Position numbers and translations under genes: made by a program. A stretch of DNA of 64,000 nucleotides, from NCBI GenBank assembly GCA_002269645.1, contig NIVC01002773.1:51760-115759 (forward strand). Reading direction: 5' to 3'. The DNA comes from Macrostomum lignano. Taxonomy: Eukaryota. Each line of letters begins with the position of its first letter. Position 1 is the stretch's first letter. This document shows, in pieces, positions 13,901 to 27,636 of the stretch. The notes beneath the pieces were generated by a model that was not told the origin of the DNA, made no database searches, and saw only the letters and a program-made list of their open reading frames with translations.

Positions 13901-16900
13901 CTAAGTTTGAGGTTCAGAAAAGTTGGGAAGCAACGCCAGTAAATCTCTCTGCTAGCTGGATACTTTAAATTTGCTTTTTCTCAACTATTGCTTTAGCACA
14001 AAAGCTTTATTCCTCATATAAGCAGCTTTACTCTTGACAGTTTGACTGAATATTAGCACGCGATCAACCTCTCTCCCAGGTTGAATTCAGATGCAACTTC
14101 TTTCGGGTACATCCGAGCGTCATAAACTCTCGTATTTACTAGTAGCTAGTGGAAATAGCTACAATTGAAATATTCATAAGCTGGATGCAAGGTGGCCAGG
14201 TGCACAACTAATGACACAGCTGCTGTAATTTTACTGAAAGTCTGTGTACCACTAAAGCCTATATAATGTTAGCCTTAAGCATGCCTCTTTTAGGGCGGTT
14301 TTTGCGTTTGGTGAATGCTGCATCGCTGATCTATTTTTTTCCTTTCTGATAATTTCTACTTGTCTTGATTATTGCCAAACAAAAGTTTAGTCTTTTATTT
14401 AATAACTCGTCTACATACATTCCTATCAGCTGTGGTAAGCCCATGAGACTGTCTGATCCGTCTCGCCTTTCAATTTCTGTGTTCACCTGCCTGTTTTGTT
14501 GTTCCGACCGCATTATTGCATTCGGCGTAATTTCTTCTGATATCTGGGATGCACTTATTTAACTATTTGGCGACCGCCTCCGTTCTCCCCCCCGCACGTG
14601 GCTAAGCGTACATTTTCCGATGGCAGTTCTATCTAATGTAACAGATGGCTGCAATCAGTTATTCTAAATACATATAAGCGCACAGCCCATGTGGGGTCTC
14701 TGTGTTTTTTCTCTTCGGCCAGTTCTGCTAAATCATGGCTTGAACTCTCACAAAAACTTACCTCATTACCCTGCGCATTGAGCAGAGCCTGCATATCATT
14801 GCTGCTGCCGCTGTCTGAATACGAAATCGACATCCGCAGAGTCTGTCCGACCGGGTACCGCTTGCCGGAACCGCGGCAGATGACTCCGGTGATGGCCATG
14901 TCAATGGGAAAGAAGAACCTCACGGTGTAGGACTGGACGTGGACAGCGCCGTCAACGAATATGGTCTCCGGGGCGGAGAGGGGCAGTGACCGAACCCCGC
15001 CAGTGTACTGGTAGCTGTCAATGTTGATCCACTCAAACGGGATGTGGTCGCCCAGGCCGACTGGACTTTTTGAGAGTCGGTTAAGCACCGGGTCGGCTGG
15101 AATTCAATAAATTTTGTCCAAGTTTTTACTGAAGAAAGGCACCGGATGTCGGCGCGTTTGTGGCACCATGACAATGCCTGTACGAGACTTATGCTACACA
15201 TCTCGTCAAATCGTGGGTGAATTCACTGGTTTAATTAATTAGGCAACAATACTAATGAAGAAAAACTAATTAAAGTTTAAGTTCTGCACAAAATAGAATC
15301 CCATTACTATTAGCAGTGACAGCTGATGAACAAGAAGTTAATATAGATACAATGTCGAAAACGACATGGCATGGATAGGAAAACTTTGATGTTATGCTAC
15401 TTTATTTGCTGCTTTTTGGCCCTGCTTATAGTTATAAACCAAAACTCGGTAAAAAAAGTCAGTGCCATTCAATCTTCATTCATTACAAGCACAAAGTTGG
15501 CACAGGGGCTCAATTGCAATTGGCATCTTGTAAGGTATCGTTCCAGTGCCACCGAAATACGCTCTTACATGCCAATCGTCTTAGACTTTTGCCTAGCTAG
15601 CATAAAAGATGAAAAAAAAATTTGAAAATCCTACGAGCATTATGGACAGCGAGTGGCTACTTACAGTGCAGCGTGCCGTGGACTTCGATCTCCACGAAAA
15701 CCAACTCCTCGTGCCGGCCGTCATTCTTTCGTACCGTCAGGTAGCGAGCAGTCTGACGATGATGTAAGGATGAGCAATTTGGCGTGACTAATTTGGTTCT
15801 AATGTACGAGTGCTGTGTGCCGCAATGTAAAAAATTAATTCTTTGATTTTGAAAATTAGTTACGAATACGAACCTTTCTGCAGTCAAACTTCAGGTATTC
15901 GAAGAACTTTCCATTGCTATCAAGGTACGAGTCCGGATGTTTATAGCACAGATCGGCAGGTAAAAATGTTGGCACCGTGCCAATTGTATCCAACTGGGCG
16001 AAGTATTCAGTGTTTCGGATGGTGTTTTGAACTGCAGAAAAAGTAATATTTGTTCAGTGTGTCAGCAGGCAGTAGGCGGTTGGACCATTACAAAAAACTC
16101 TGTCACTTACGATTATGAGATCCGATTTTCGGCCTGGCAACAACGTAGGTGAAGTTGCGGCTGTAGCCGAAATCAATGAACAGCCAGCGCATCTCCACAG
16201 TGGCAACGCTGGCGGCGCACAACTCGTTGGGGTCGGATGTTTTATAGAGATTGATTAAGCCATCGGTAGCTCGGTAGCCCGCGTTGCCCAGGTAAGTGCT
16301 GTTCAGAGTCACCGTCTGGTGCAAAGACAAAAGCCACGGGTAGTTCTCCGTGACAAACTGCGCATCTGGAGTCGCGACGATGTCTGGAGGGCAAATTTGC
16401 AATAGTTGATGCATTTAGCTACGAGTGCTATCATTATATACTAAAGGAACTTCAGCAGCTCCTCCCTTTGCTCCACCATCTTACTATGGTCTCTTTTCTA
16501 ACAGCAAATAGCACAGCTTCTCCTTTAAGCTTCCTTTCTCTAAAACATAGCAACAAAAGCGTTGCTTCATTCTCACATACTGTAAATTATAGAATGCTAC
16601 ACCTGTAGCATTAGCTAATCCTGGCTTCCAGTCATCCATTTTCAAGAGCCAGGTGTTTCAAAGACCACTTTGATCAATCTTTTAGGCTTCTCTTTTCCTT
16701 AGTCATGTTCTTTTTTCCATCATCTCTCTTTGTCTTCTTTCACTTCCTTTCTCCCTTTCCTCTTCGTAGCCACGGGGGCAATATTGGTGCTATTGGTCCT
16801 TGACATGTAATAATAATAATACAGAATAACAATAGTTTTACGCTAAGGAGCTAAGGAACTTTCAACAAACCAAATTAAAATTATGTACAATGCTAAGACT

Positions 16901-19900
16901 AATATTATCATGCTCCGATATCATTCGACAAGCGAATCACTATCGCGGGTACTCTATTGCTAAGACGCAACCATCTATCCATAGGCGACTTTTAGGCGAC
17001 TCTAACTGGCAGGCCACATCGTCTGCATGCGCCAAGTTTTACTTCCCAGAGGTGCAAGAACCCATCGACGAGGACAGGCACTCAGTCCGTAATTTCATTG
17101 ACAGCCTGCCGGCTAACCCCGCGCCTCGGAATGCTCTGCATGTTTTTCTGGACTGACACCGTAGCTGCACCAGGTTTCTTCCCATTGATAACTCCTCTAA
17201 ATGCTATCCGGGGGATGCTAGCTATCTGGAGGGAGGGGGGTGGGTACTTGCTATCTAGGGATGCTTGCTATCTGGGGGATGCTTGCTATCTGGGGGATGC
17301 TTGTTATCTGGGGGGATGCTAGCTATCTGGGGGGATGCTTGCTATCTGGGGGGATGCTTGCTATCTGGGGGGATGCTTGCTATCTGGGGGGATGCTTGCT
17401 ATCTGGGGGGGGGGATGCTTGCTATCTGGGGGGGGGGGATGCTTGCTATCTGGGGGGATGCTAGCTATCTGGGGGGGGTACTTGCTATCTAGGGATGCTT
17501 GCTATTTGGGGGGGATGCTTGCTATCTGGGGGGGGGGTACTTGCTATCTAGGGATGCTTGTTATTTGGGGGATGCTTGCTATCTGGGGGGATGCTTGTTA
17601 TTTGGGGGGATGCTTGCTATTTGGGGGGATGCTTGCTATCTGGGGGGATGCTTGCTATCTGGGGGGATGCTTGCTATCTGGGGGATGCCTGCTATCTGGG
17701 GGATGCTTGCTATCTGGGGGATGCTTGCTATCTGGGGGATGCTTGCTATCTGGGGGGGGATGCTTGCTATCTGGGGGGATGCTTGTTATCTGGGGGTGCT
17801 TGCTATTTGGGGGGATGCTGGCTATCCTAGTGAATTCTTTTTTTGTGTCCTTTTGTTACTTTTACAAAAAAGAGATTCATAGTAAACATCTTTTTACGTG
17901 ACTATTTTACTCGAATAAGGTGATTTATAAAACTGAAAAAGGAATTGATTCTTTAGAAAATGTGAGTTTTAAGGGATTTGCATGAATAATTTTCGCTAGT
18001 AATTGGCTTATTACTAGTTTATTCGGGATAGCCAATTTTGCTTATTGGCTACCCCTGAAAGGAGGAGGGCACTATATTGCTAATAACTCCTCTAAATTTT
18101 AAACCAAATTGCTTCTATTGATAGTAAATCGTAAGTTAGGAAAGACGAATTACGTCAATCAGGTACAAGACACTACATAAAGACGGGGAGTATATTATAT
18201 TGTACTCACCATCCGCCGGTATTCCGTAGATCATGTATGTGAGTAGGAATGCAGTAGCACATTGTTTAGGCTGGTTTCGCATGCCCAGCAGTAGTCGAGC
18301 AGGGTTAATTGGCGAGTGCGCCGTGTTCCAGCGCGATCCCATTATCCAAACTTCGATCAGGCCGTCCATCAGTTGCCAGGTGCGCAGGTCGCTGGACCAA
18401 TAGCGAATAATGGATTTGCCGTAAGCTGAACTCAATGTGTTGTCAGAGTCCGGGGCACCCTTGTAGCTGACCATGTGGACCCAAACCAGAGAAGAAAAGG
18501 CCACCTATTCGATAAACAGTGTAGTAGCATTTTAAGTCAAAATTTTGCATAGACGCTTCAAAAAAATTATAAAACCTCTAGCTGGTAACAGTGCATCAGA
18601 TACTAATTGCAAACATTAGCACGTCCACACGACTATATCCTGGACGTCCGCAAGTTTGGGATTATTTACAAAAAATATCTCGGACTTTGTAAAACAGTGA
18701 GCAAAGGCATCATCAGCACGAACCTGGTGCCAGTCGGTGTTATCCGGATAGTTCGCTGGCTGCCAGAATCCTGCATTGATTGTGTCTGAAAAGCAAGGCG
18801 GCAATAAACTTGGCAGTAACTTTCAAAGCAATGCAGCTGTATTGACTTATGGTAAAATTACTTCAACTTCAACTCACTTTCAATAGGGAACTGCACAACT
18901 AGCCCAGTAGAAGTGGTATCCGCCGATTTCTTAGAAAATCCGGCCGAATTAATGCTGAAGTTGCCGTGCTCCGTGACGTCCAACAGCACCGCCACCAGAG
19001 CCGATTCGATGTACACCTCAAAAGTTCTATTGTACATGCCTGTGCCGCTAGTTACGTAATACCTCAGAGTAATGTTGTGAAAATCGTGTACATTGAGGGG
19101 CCCGGTGGCGGCTCGCGTGGCGCTGGGACTCAGGAATGAAGCTTGGAACAGGGGCACTTCGGTGCTGGACTTTTCCGTGTTGTAGACAGTGGCATCCGTC
19201 AGGTAAAGCGTGTTGGTCGTCGCATCGCCGTTGATGCGAAATCGGAAGTGCTGAAATTGCAGATATAAGCGTAATAATTGGAACAATGCACTGCTTCCAC
19301 GGTGTTTTAAATTAGCAATAGTCTGAATGCATTTTAGCAGAAGTCAATTGGTACAAATATTATTTGCTTGCAGAAAGTTGTGGTTGCTGTAAAGAACTAA
19401 AAAATTAACCATAGTTCTTAAAGACTATCAGCTGCTCGAAGTCTATATTCACGGTGCAGTAATGAATTTTACTGGTTAATTAATTACATATTACTAGGGT
19501 TAGATGGTACTTAAAGCCAATCAATATTTGCGGTAATTTTTCATTAGAGTAGGGGTCGGGAAACTCCGGCCCGTGGGCCACATGCGACCCGAAAAGCCTC
19601 GCTATCCGGCCCTCGAGTCCTGTGAAATTTTCCTCTACTCTACTCTACTCTCCTCTCCTCTCCTCTCCTCTCCTGTCCTCTCCTCTCCTCTCCTCTCCTC
19701 TCCTCTCCTCTCCTCTCCTCTCCTCTCCTCTCCTCTCCTCTCCTCTCCTCTCCTCTCCTCTCCTCTCCTCTCCTCTCCTCTCCTCTCCTCTCCTCTCCTC
19801 TCCTCTCCTCTCCTCTCCTCTCCTCTCCTCTCCTCTCCTCTCCTCTCCTCTCCTCTCCTCTCCTCTCCTCTCCTCTCCTCTCCTCTCCTCTCCTCTCCTC

Positions 19901-22900
19901 TCCTCTCCTCTCCTCTCCTCTCCTCTCCTCTCCTCTCCTCTCCTCTCCTCTCCTCTCCTCTCCTCTCCTCTCCTCTCCTCTCCTCTCCTCTCCTCTCCTC
20001 TCCTCTCCTCTCCTCCCTCTCCTCTCCTCTCCTCTCCTCTCCTCTCCTCTCCTCTCCTCTCCTCTCCTCTCCTCTCCTCTCCTCTCCTCTCCTCTCCTCT
20101 CCTCTCCTCTCCTCTCCTCTCCTCTCCTCTCCTCTCCTCTCCTCTCCTCTCCTCTCCTCTCCTCTCCTCTCCTCTCCTCTCCTCTCCTCTCCTCTCCTCT
20201 CCTCTCCTCTCCTCTCCTCTCCTCTCCTCTCCTCTCCTCTCCTCTCCTCTCCTCTCCTCTCCTCTCCTCTCCTCTCCTCTCCTCTCCTCTCCTCTCCTCT
20301 CCTCTCCTCTCCTCTCCTCTCCTCTCCTCTCCTCTCCTCTCCTCTCCTCTCCTCTCCTCTCCTCTCCTCTCCTCTCCTCTCCTCTCCTCTCCTCTCCTCT
20401 CCTCTCCTCTCCTCTCCTCTCCTCTCCTCTCCTCTCCTCTCCTCTCCTCTCCTCTCCTCTCCTCTCCTCTCCTCTCTCTCCTCTCCTCTCTCTCCTCTCC
20501 TCTCCTCTCCTCTCCTCTCCTCTCCTCTCCTCTCCTCTCCTCTCCTCTCCTCTCCTCTCCTCTCCTCTCCTCTCCTCTCCTCTCCTCTCCTCTCCTCTCC
20601 TCTCCTCTCCTCTCCTCTCCTCTCCTCTCCTCTCCTCTCCTCCCCTCTTCTATCCTCTTCTCTTCTCTCCTCTCCTCTCTTTTCGCCTCTCCTCGCCTCT
20701 CGCCCCTTGCCTCTTCTTTCTCCTATCTCATCTCCCTTCTCCCTTCTCCCTTCTGTCTTCTGTCTTCTTTCTCTTCTCCCCTCCTCTGGTCCGCAGCCAT
20801 GCTCTAGGTTCTCTATCTGGCGCTTGAAGTAAAAAAATTTGTCGACCCCTGCATTAGAGCGTCAGACCTGCAAGAAGCGGGTGTCTGCAAATTCAAAAAA
20901 ATTCCAAAAGACACCGAATTTGTCCAGCCAAAAAGCTCCCATACATGGCGTGCCTGCAGATATAACACTGATCACTGAAAGAAAAGTGGGTCCTCTTTGC
21001 ATTGTACAACCCCTTGTGAAAATCCGTCCTGCACGTGTCCCTAAATGTCTCACTAATGATGTATGATGGAGTTCACCCTGGTGAACGTAAATCGCACAAG
21101 AGCAGTGTTGGGCATCGGTCTGTTAATAAGCGTTAATCCGTTAATAAGCGTTAAGATTTTTCATTAACGTCAACGGACTGCCGTTAAGATTTTTTTGAAC
21201 TAACGGATTAACGGATTTGCGTTAATAATTTTGTGAGTTAATGAAAAATTTATCGTTAACGTCAATGACAGTGTCAAGACCAACGGCGCAAAGAAAGAAC
21301 AAAAATACAAGTCTGACAAGAAGTTACAACATTATGAATGTATTCGAATTTACCTAAATGCCTAAAATAATCTCTTGATTGTTTATAACGATGATCATGC
21401 AGATGTTACAATTTCTTAGTAATAAACTTTAATAATGAATTAAAATTGTGAACTTTATTGCTTGCGCGTGAGCATCGAACGCTTTGATTCACTTCTTTGC
21501 CAATCTTTCGTAACTTTCTGCTGCGCCTCCTAATGCTACTGAAACATTCTGAGAGAGGCCAAGTTTTAAATTCCCGCCTTTACTATGGAAACGTATATTT
21601 TTAGAACTTTGTTTAAACGCGTCTTGTTCCCCACCCCAATTTTAGTATAAATAGAAGCGAATTTTGTGCCCAGAGAGGCAACCGAAGTTCTAGATCTTTT
21701 GGTTCATAGGCGAATTGCCTATAAAATTGAAGAAGCGTTCCAAACCTTCCTTCATTTGCTAAAAACTAAGAGCGAATGCTCATTGGACTAGAGGTAGAAA
21801 TTACCAAGAGCAAGAGACGAATTGTCGAAGAGCCAATAGCGTACTAGCAAAGAGCAGGGGCGTAATCAGCCAATAGAAAGAGGAGGAATATCCAAATAAA
21901 CTGTTCGAACTGAACAACCAATGGAAAGTCGTATATGACAAAAGAAAATCCGTAAGAGGAAATTGAAACTCACCGGGCAAACTCGATCCATTGGAGGACG
22001 CTGCTTTAGGACTTAATCACCCCCCCCCCTCTCCCCCTAGCTGAACAGTGTCTTGCCGCTCGGGCACTGCGCGCTACCAGGGCAATCCGTGCTTACGTGA
22101 AAGCCCATAGCCTTGCCTCAGTAACACCGTATTTTAGTAGTTCATAACGAATCCAATAAGCTAATATAATAAAATTCTAGAATTACAGCCAAACCCCCCC
22201 CCCCCCTACAACAACTTGGTGATTGCGGTGGGATTTAGAGAATAATAAAAGTGCCCTACAATAATTCATTCATTCATTCGATAAGTTCTAGCGCTTCAGC
22301 CCCTATCCGGGGCTCTTACGCTACTAGTATATATTTTTGTTTTCCGAATTATTGGGATTACGGCGATGTAAGATTAGTTCGAAGTTTGTGAAAAATAAAA
22401 ATAATCTATAAAACAATAGTACAGTAATATAAACAAATAGATAAATATAAAACGTATTTGGTGCAAAGTAAAACAAATATGACAGAGAATAAGAAAGCAG
22501 ATATTCAGGATTTAAGAACAAATACTTAAATAGTAAGATTTAATTAATAGCAGTTAAGTGAGTGGGTGTTAATATTGTGGTAATAAAACAATTAAATATA
22601 AATATATCACAAAGGTGCAATGGCAACTGTCTGATTTAGGTCTGTCTGGACTAGTCTTTTTGACTTAAAGCAATTTTTAAGATATATGAAACAACCTTCC
22701 TATTCGTATTTTATTATTAACTAACTAGCTTTCAAGTTCCAAATAAATAAGTTACTTCGTTTACCGTATGCTTACTTTCAGTAGTATTATACATACAAGT
22801 TTTTACCATTATTATTATTTGTTATTTTTTAGCTTGTAAATCGCTTGGATGACCTCTGTGCTTCGCTAAAAAGATGGAAAAGCAAAAGCAGTGCATTATG

Positions 22901-25900
22901 AAGTCCGTTTTGGAAAAAAAGTGCAAGATTTATGGTATTTTCTGTGTTAACTTTAACGGATTAACGCTTATTATCGATTATCAGTTAATTTTCAGTTAAC
23001 TTAACGAAATTAAGAGTTAAAAAGTTAAGATTTTTTTGTTTTAACGCTAACGCTTTTGCCATTAACGGAAGTTAAGATTTTCATTAACGGTGCCCAACAC
23101 TGCACGAGAGGAATTTCTGAGATGTCGAGGCTGACTGAGGGATCGCAGAGATGACAGGGCTGAGAAGTCAGAAGCTACATGTAGTTTATTAAAAAAATTG
23201 ACTCCACTCCTTGTTGGCTCCAACGGGGGGGGGCTCTGATTGCTAGTACTTTTCTCACAGACATACAACCTTTGCTAGAAATGTAGTTGACTTGCCTTGA
23301 GCCTTCTCTCCGCATACTTTGTGCTCTCCGTCAAGTAGAAGTCGCCGTAGCTGCCGTGAACAATAGCGGAGAAGTCTATCTTTTTATCGGCCAGCATCGC
23401 CAGGTCCATCGCAGCCGGTATCCGGTTTATGAAGCTGTAGCCAGGATCCAGATTGACGTCATTGTCTGACGAAAAATATTAAAATCATCAGGAACGGCTT
23501 AGTTCGTTAGTTGGCCTAGAAAAATATTTCTCAACATCCCGTTGAAAACGAGGGAACAAAAAGTTACTTTTGGATGGTTCATTTACCCCAGTTTAACTTT
23601 CGAAAAGCGAATTTAACGTTAATTAACCACATATACTTTGTAGATTTATTTTGATTAACAAATTCGTAAATTAACGTAACTATAATGTGTTGGTTTGTGA
23701 TTGGTCTTAACTGGTCAATAAGCAGTTTTAAACCCCTCCTCTCCCGCCACGCCTTGTGTCGCTTTGCGTACGTTCTCTCTCTCCCTTGTCCGCGCTGGGT
23801 GGGGGTGCTTGGCTCTGCGTGCGTGTGGTGGTGGTTTGGTGGCGTGGGCTTTAGCCTCTCGGCCGTCGCCCTTTTTATTGGCGTCTCGCTCAGTTGACTC
23901 TGCGTTTTTTGGCTGCCTGCGTGAGCTCAAATTTTTTTAAAGTTTTATTTTTCTAATTTTCTTGCATCGCTGTTTGCATTCGTAATGCCAAATACATTTT
24001 TAATTCGAGCTGTTGCTTTTATGGAGTTGCTTCCGCGAATCGCCTTTTTCGTGCCAATGCTGCTCTGTATTCTTCTTTTGGGTTTAAGTAGCGTTTATTA
24101 TTATAAAATTAAGTTAATTAACCTTCAAGCTGTTATTTGAATAGTTAATTAACCCCCATATTCAATCGAGATGTCACTTCATTTCCTTGTAGAGTTGGTC
24201 GCACTAGCACGAACTGGTTGAATTTTGAGCCACATTGATACGTCGTACTAATCGCATTGATTTATATACTCGTACTTACGTACACTTAATTGTTAATCGG
24301 TGAACTAATTTTGTTTAATTTAGGTATCTTGAAAATTACTGCTTACGAGACAAATGCTGGTTGGTTAAGTGAAATACTTACAAAAGTCTCCTTGTATCTT
24401 CAAAGCATCCATCTTGTGAAAGCCGCACTCCTTCCGCCTCGTGATGACAACGTAGCGACCCAGTACGCCTCCGACGGGGCACTGGAAGTACACAGTCCTG
24501 TCGCCGGTCACTGGTCTCTCCTGGATGCCGCACGAAGTCCAGTTGGAGAAAGCGGACTCGTTCAGCGAACTGTCCCATGTGCCAGAGACCCCGGACCAGA
24601 GGCACTCCAGCTGTCCAACTGATTGAAAAAATAGTTTTCGCACTTACATTAGTACGAGTAAATAGTCTTAATAAAATCCACATACTTGGTATATTAATGA
24701 ATGAAAATCCTCAAGGCCTCATAGCACGTCGATTGCTGGGTGAGAATGCACCAATTGTGTCTCTTCGGTTTCAGTAAATAGTTCACCATGTGCTTGAACT
24801 GGGAAATAAGAGTTGTTGCTGAATTTCTGAAAGTGCCAATGCACCCTTATTGTGGCGACTAACATCTCTCTATGAACAGCAAATCCATAGCTTAGCCTTT
24901 AAAATGGCTTTGGTTTTCATTCATCATTCATCAGCCTATTATTGAAGTCACAATAATTTGTACATTTGTACAATTGTATATTGTATTGTATTGTACAATA
25001 ATTGTACAATTACAATACATATACAATACATATTACAATACAATACATTACAACACAATACAATACAATACAATACATTACATTACATCACAATTACATT
25101 ACAACACAATTGTATAATTGTATTGTACAATTGTACAATTGTACAATTGTATTGTAATATGTATTGTATTGTAATTTAATTGTAATGTAATGTATTGTAT
25201 TGTATTGTATTGTATTTTATTGTATTCTATTGTAATATGTATTGTATATGTATTGTTTTACAATTGTATTTGTACATTTGTACAATTTGTACATCTAAAA
25301 TTGGTACAATAATCGTACAATAATTGTACAATTACAATACATTAATATTCTGGCAATCAAATTGTACATTTGATTGTACAAATGTACAAATACAATTGTA
25401 CGTCTTAATTGGTACCAAGCCTCGTTTATCTTATAATTGCATCATTCATATACGTCAAAAATTAAAAAATACAGCAGTCAGCGCACCGTTTGTTGTCTGG
25501 GCAATTATTAAACTAACAAAGGCCGGCGTTTTCAAATCGACCACCAGATAGTACAGGCTGTCGGCAGTGACATTTGCAAGATAGCCAGACGTGTTGAATT
25601 GACTGTTGTCTTTATAAGAATCCACTGTAAATGTGATCTTCACGTTGTTGTTCATGAAGATCTCTCCAATGCCCGCTTGAAGTCCCACACCAGTGTAGCC
25701 GCTCGATGTAGTCGTACCGGCTGTGGCTGCAAGTTATGAAAATTCTGGCACTTAAAGACAATTCAAAAACAGCTAGAACAGGGTGACTGTAAAGGTGACA
25801 TTATTTAGTAATGATGCTTATGATTGCTGCAGTGGTGGGGATGATTACGCTCGGATAGTGATTCATATTGTTTCTGTAGCTAACGGCGGTGGAGGTGATT

Positions 25901-27559
25901 AAGATTGATTAATATAAGATACCAGGTACATATGATCGTGATGATGATTTTTGCGATAGCCAGATAATAATAGACATGATGATAGTGCTAACGTTGCAAG
26001 GGAAAATAGCTGCTAAAAAGATCGACACTTGAAGCAATTTTTGGCATACCACAATGGGGCACCTCGCAGTAGTCTGTGTTGATTCCGGAATAAATGCACT
26101 TGGAATATCCTGGAATTAAAAAAAATAATACAATCAATTCTGTAAAATGTATAATTTATTATATCTGTATGTAAGAGCAATTTGTTTGTTTAGGTCAAAA
26201 AAGTTTCTTTGTTGTAGGAGTCGTCTAAGCCTGAAAGTTAAAATCAGTGTACATAATCAGTAGGTTTGGCAATAGACATCTAAATCTGGTTTGCAAAGCC
26301 TTTCTAGGCGAGAGAAGACAATAATGCTGGTCGAAGGCTGGACCTCGAGATAATGGGTGGGGGCAGAGTGCTTGCAGGTACAGACTGAGGTGTACCCTTA
26401 AAAAGTAATTTAATACCCTTGACTACTATTATACGATAAAGTTGAAATAAAGCTGAATAAAGAAGAAAAGGGGATTAGATGCTACAGCTTCCTGAAAAAC
26501 AGAATGGACGATCAAGGACGATCAATGCTACTGAGAAGAATAATTTCATCAACCGGAATTGCAGCTTCAAACTACTGTAATATGTGAGAAGAGACACTAT
26601 CCAGAGCTCAGGGATATTATCTACAGCTCAGAAACATTATCCAGAGCTCAGGGACATTATCTGGAGCTCAGGGACATTATCCAGAGCGCAGAGACATTAT
26701 CCAGAGCTTATAAACATTATCCAGAGCACAGAGACATTATCCTAAGCCCAGGGGATAATATCCAGAGCCCAATTACAATATCCAGAGGGATTAGAACCAT
26801 TAAAATTGCTTGAATTCTTTCCGACTGTTTCTTTCTTTTGAAATTCAAACAAAAATAAGGGAACGTCTTTAACTTATTATTGTCCATTATAGCTCCTATT
26901 ACCCTACAAAATAAAGCACCTATTACACATGCTGAAGTGAAATATCGCAGCTCACCCAACAGGTGGCGGCACTTGTTGCTGGGCACCGGCCAGCCTGTGG
27001 CATTGTCCACGCAGGGCAGGCCTGACCTGCTCAGGTCCAGATCGCCGTAGTAGTGATCGTACCACCTGCAGACTCGATGATCTTGAAGTTAATTTGCGAC
27101 GTAGTAGTTAGTTCATGTGTTTGCTTCTGTTAAACCGACACCGCCTTTTACTGCCTTCAAGAGCGCTTGATTCTGCATTTTATACGCTTGTATTAAAACC
27201 GATGTCTATACGTCACTGATCTCGGCGCATGACGGACCTATACCATTTAACAGTACTCACAGAACTCCTACAGAGTTTGCAACTTGGGAAAGCTCTATAC
27301 GATTTTCAGCTTATATCAGTATGCAATAAAAGGTCAGGGCAATATAATATCAGCTCAATCAACAGTTAGTCACTCACTGCCAGTGGAAAATGTGTTGTTC
27401 AAGATCGCGTACTCCGGTCTGGCGTAGCTGACGAAGCTTGAAGCGCTCAGGGTGGCGTTGAGACGGCCGGGGATGCCATGCATCAGCGGCTGCATCTCCT
27501 CCGGCCCTGAGTGTGTGGGTTCACGGGCTGCATGTAGACAGACATACAGTCAGACAGTC

Positions 27560-27636
<77 letters not shown>

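Noticed and set aside
17240-17901. GGCLLS / MLAIWG repeat ORFs
   Set aside because: Translations of a minisatellite.
19573-20832. ORFs of 401-419 aa (SSPLL repeats)
   Set aside because: Translations of the (CTCCT)n satellite inside a hAT element.
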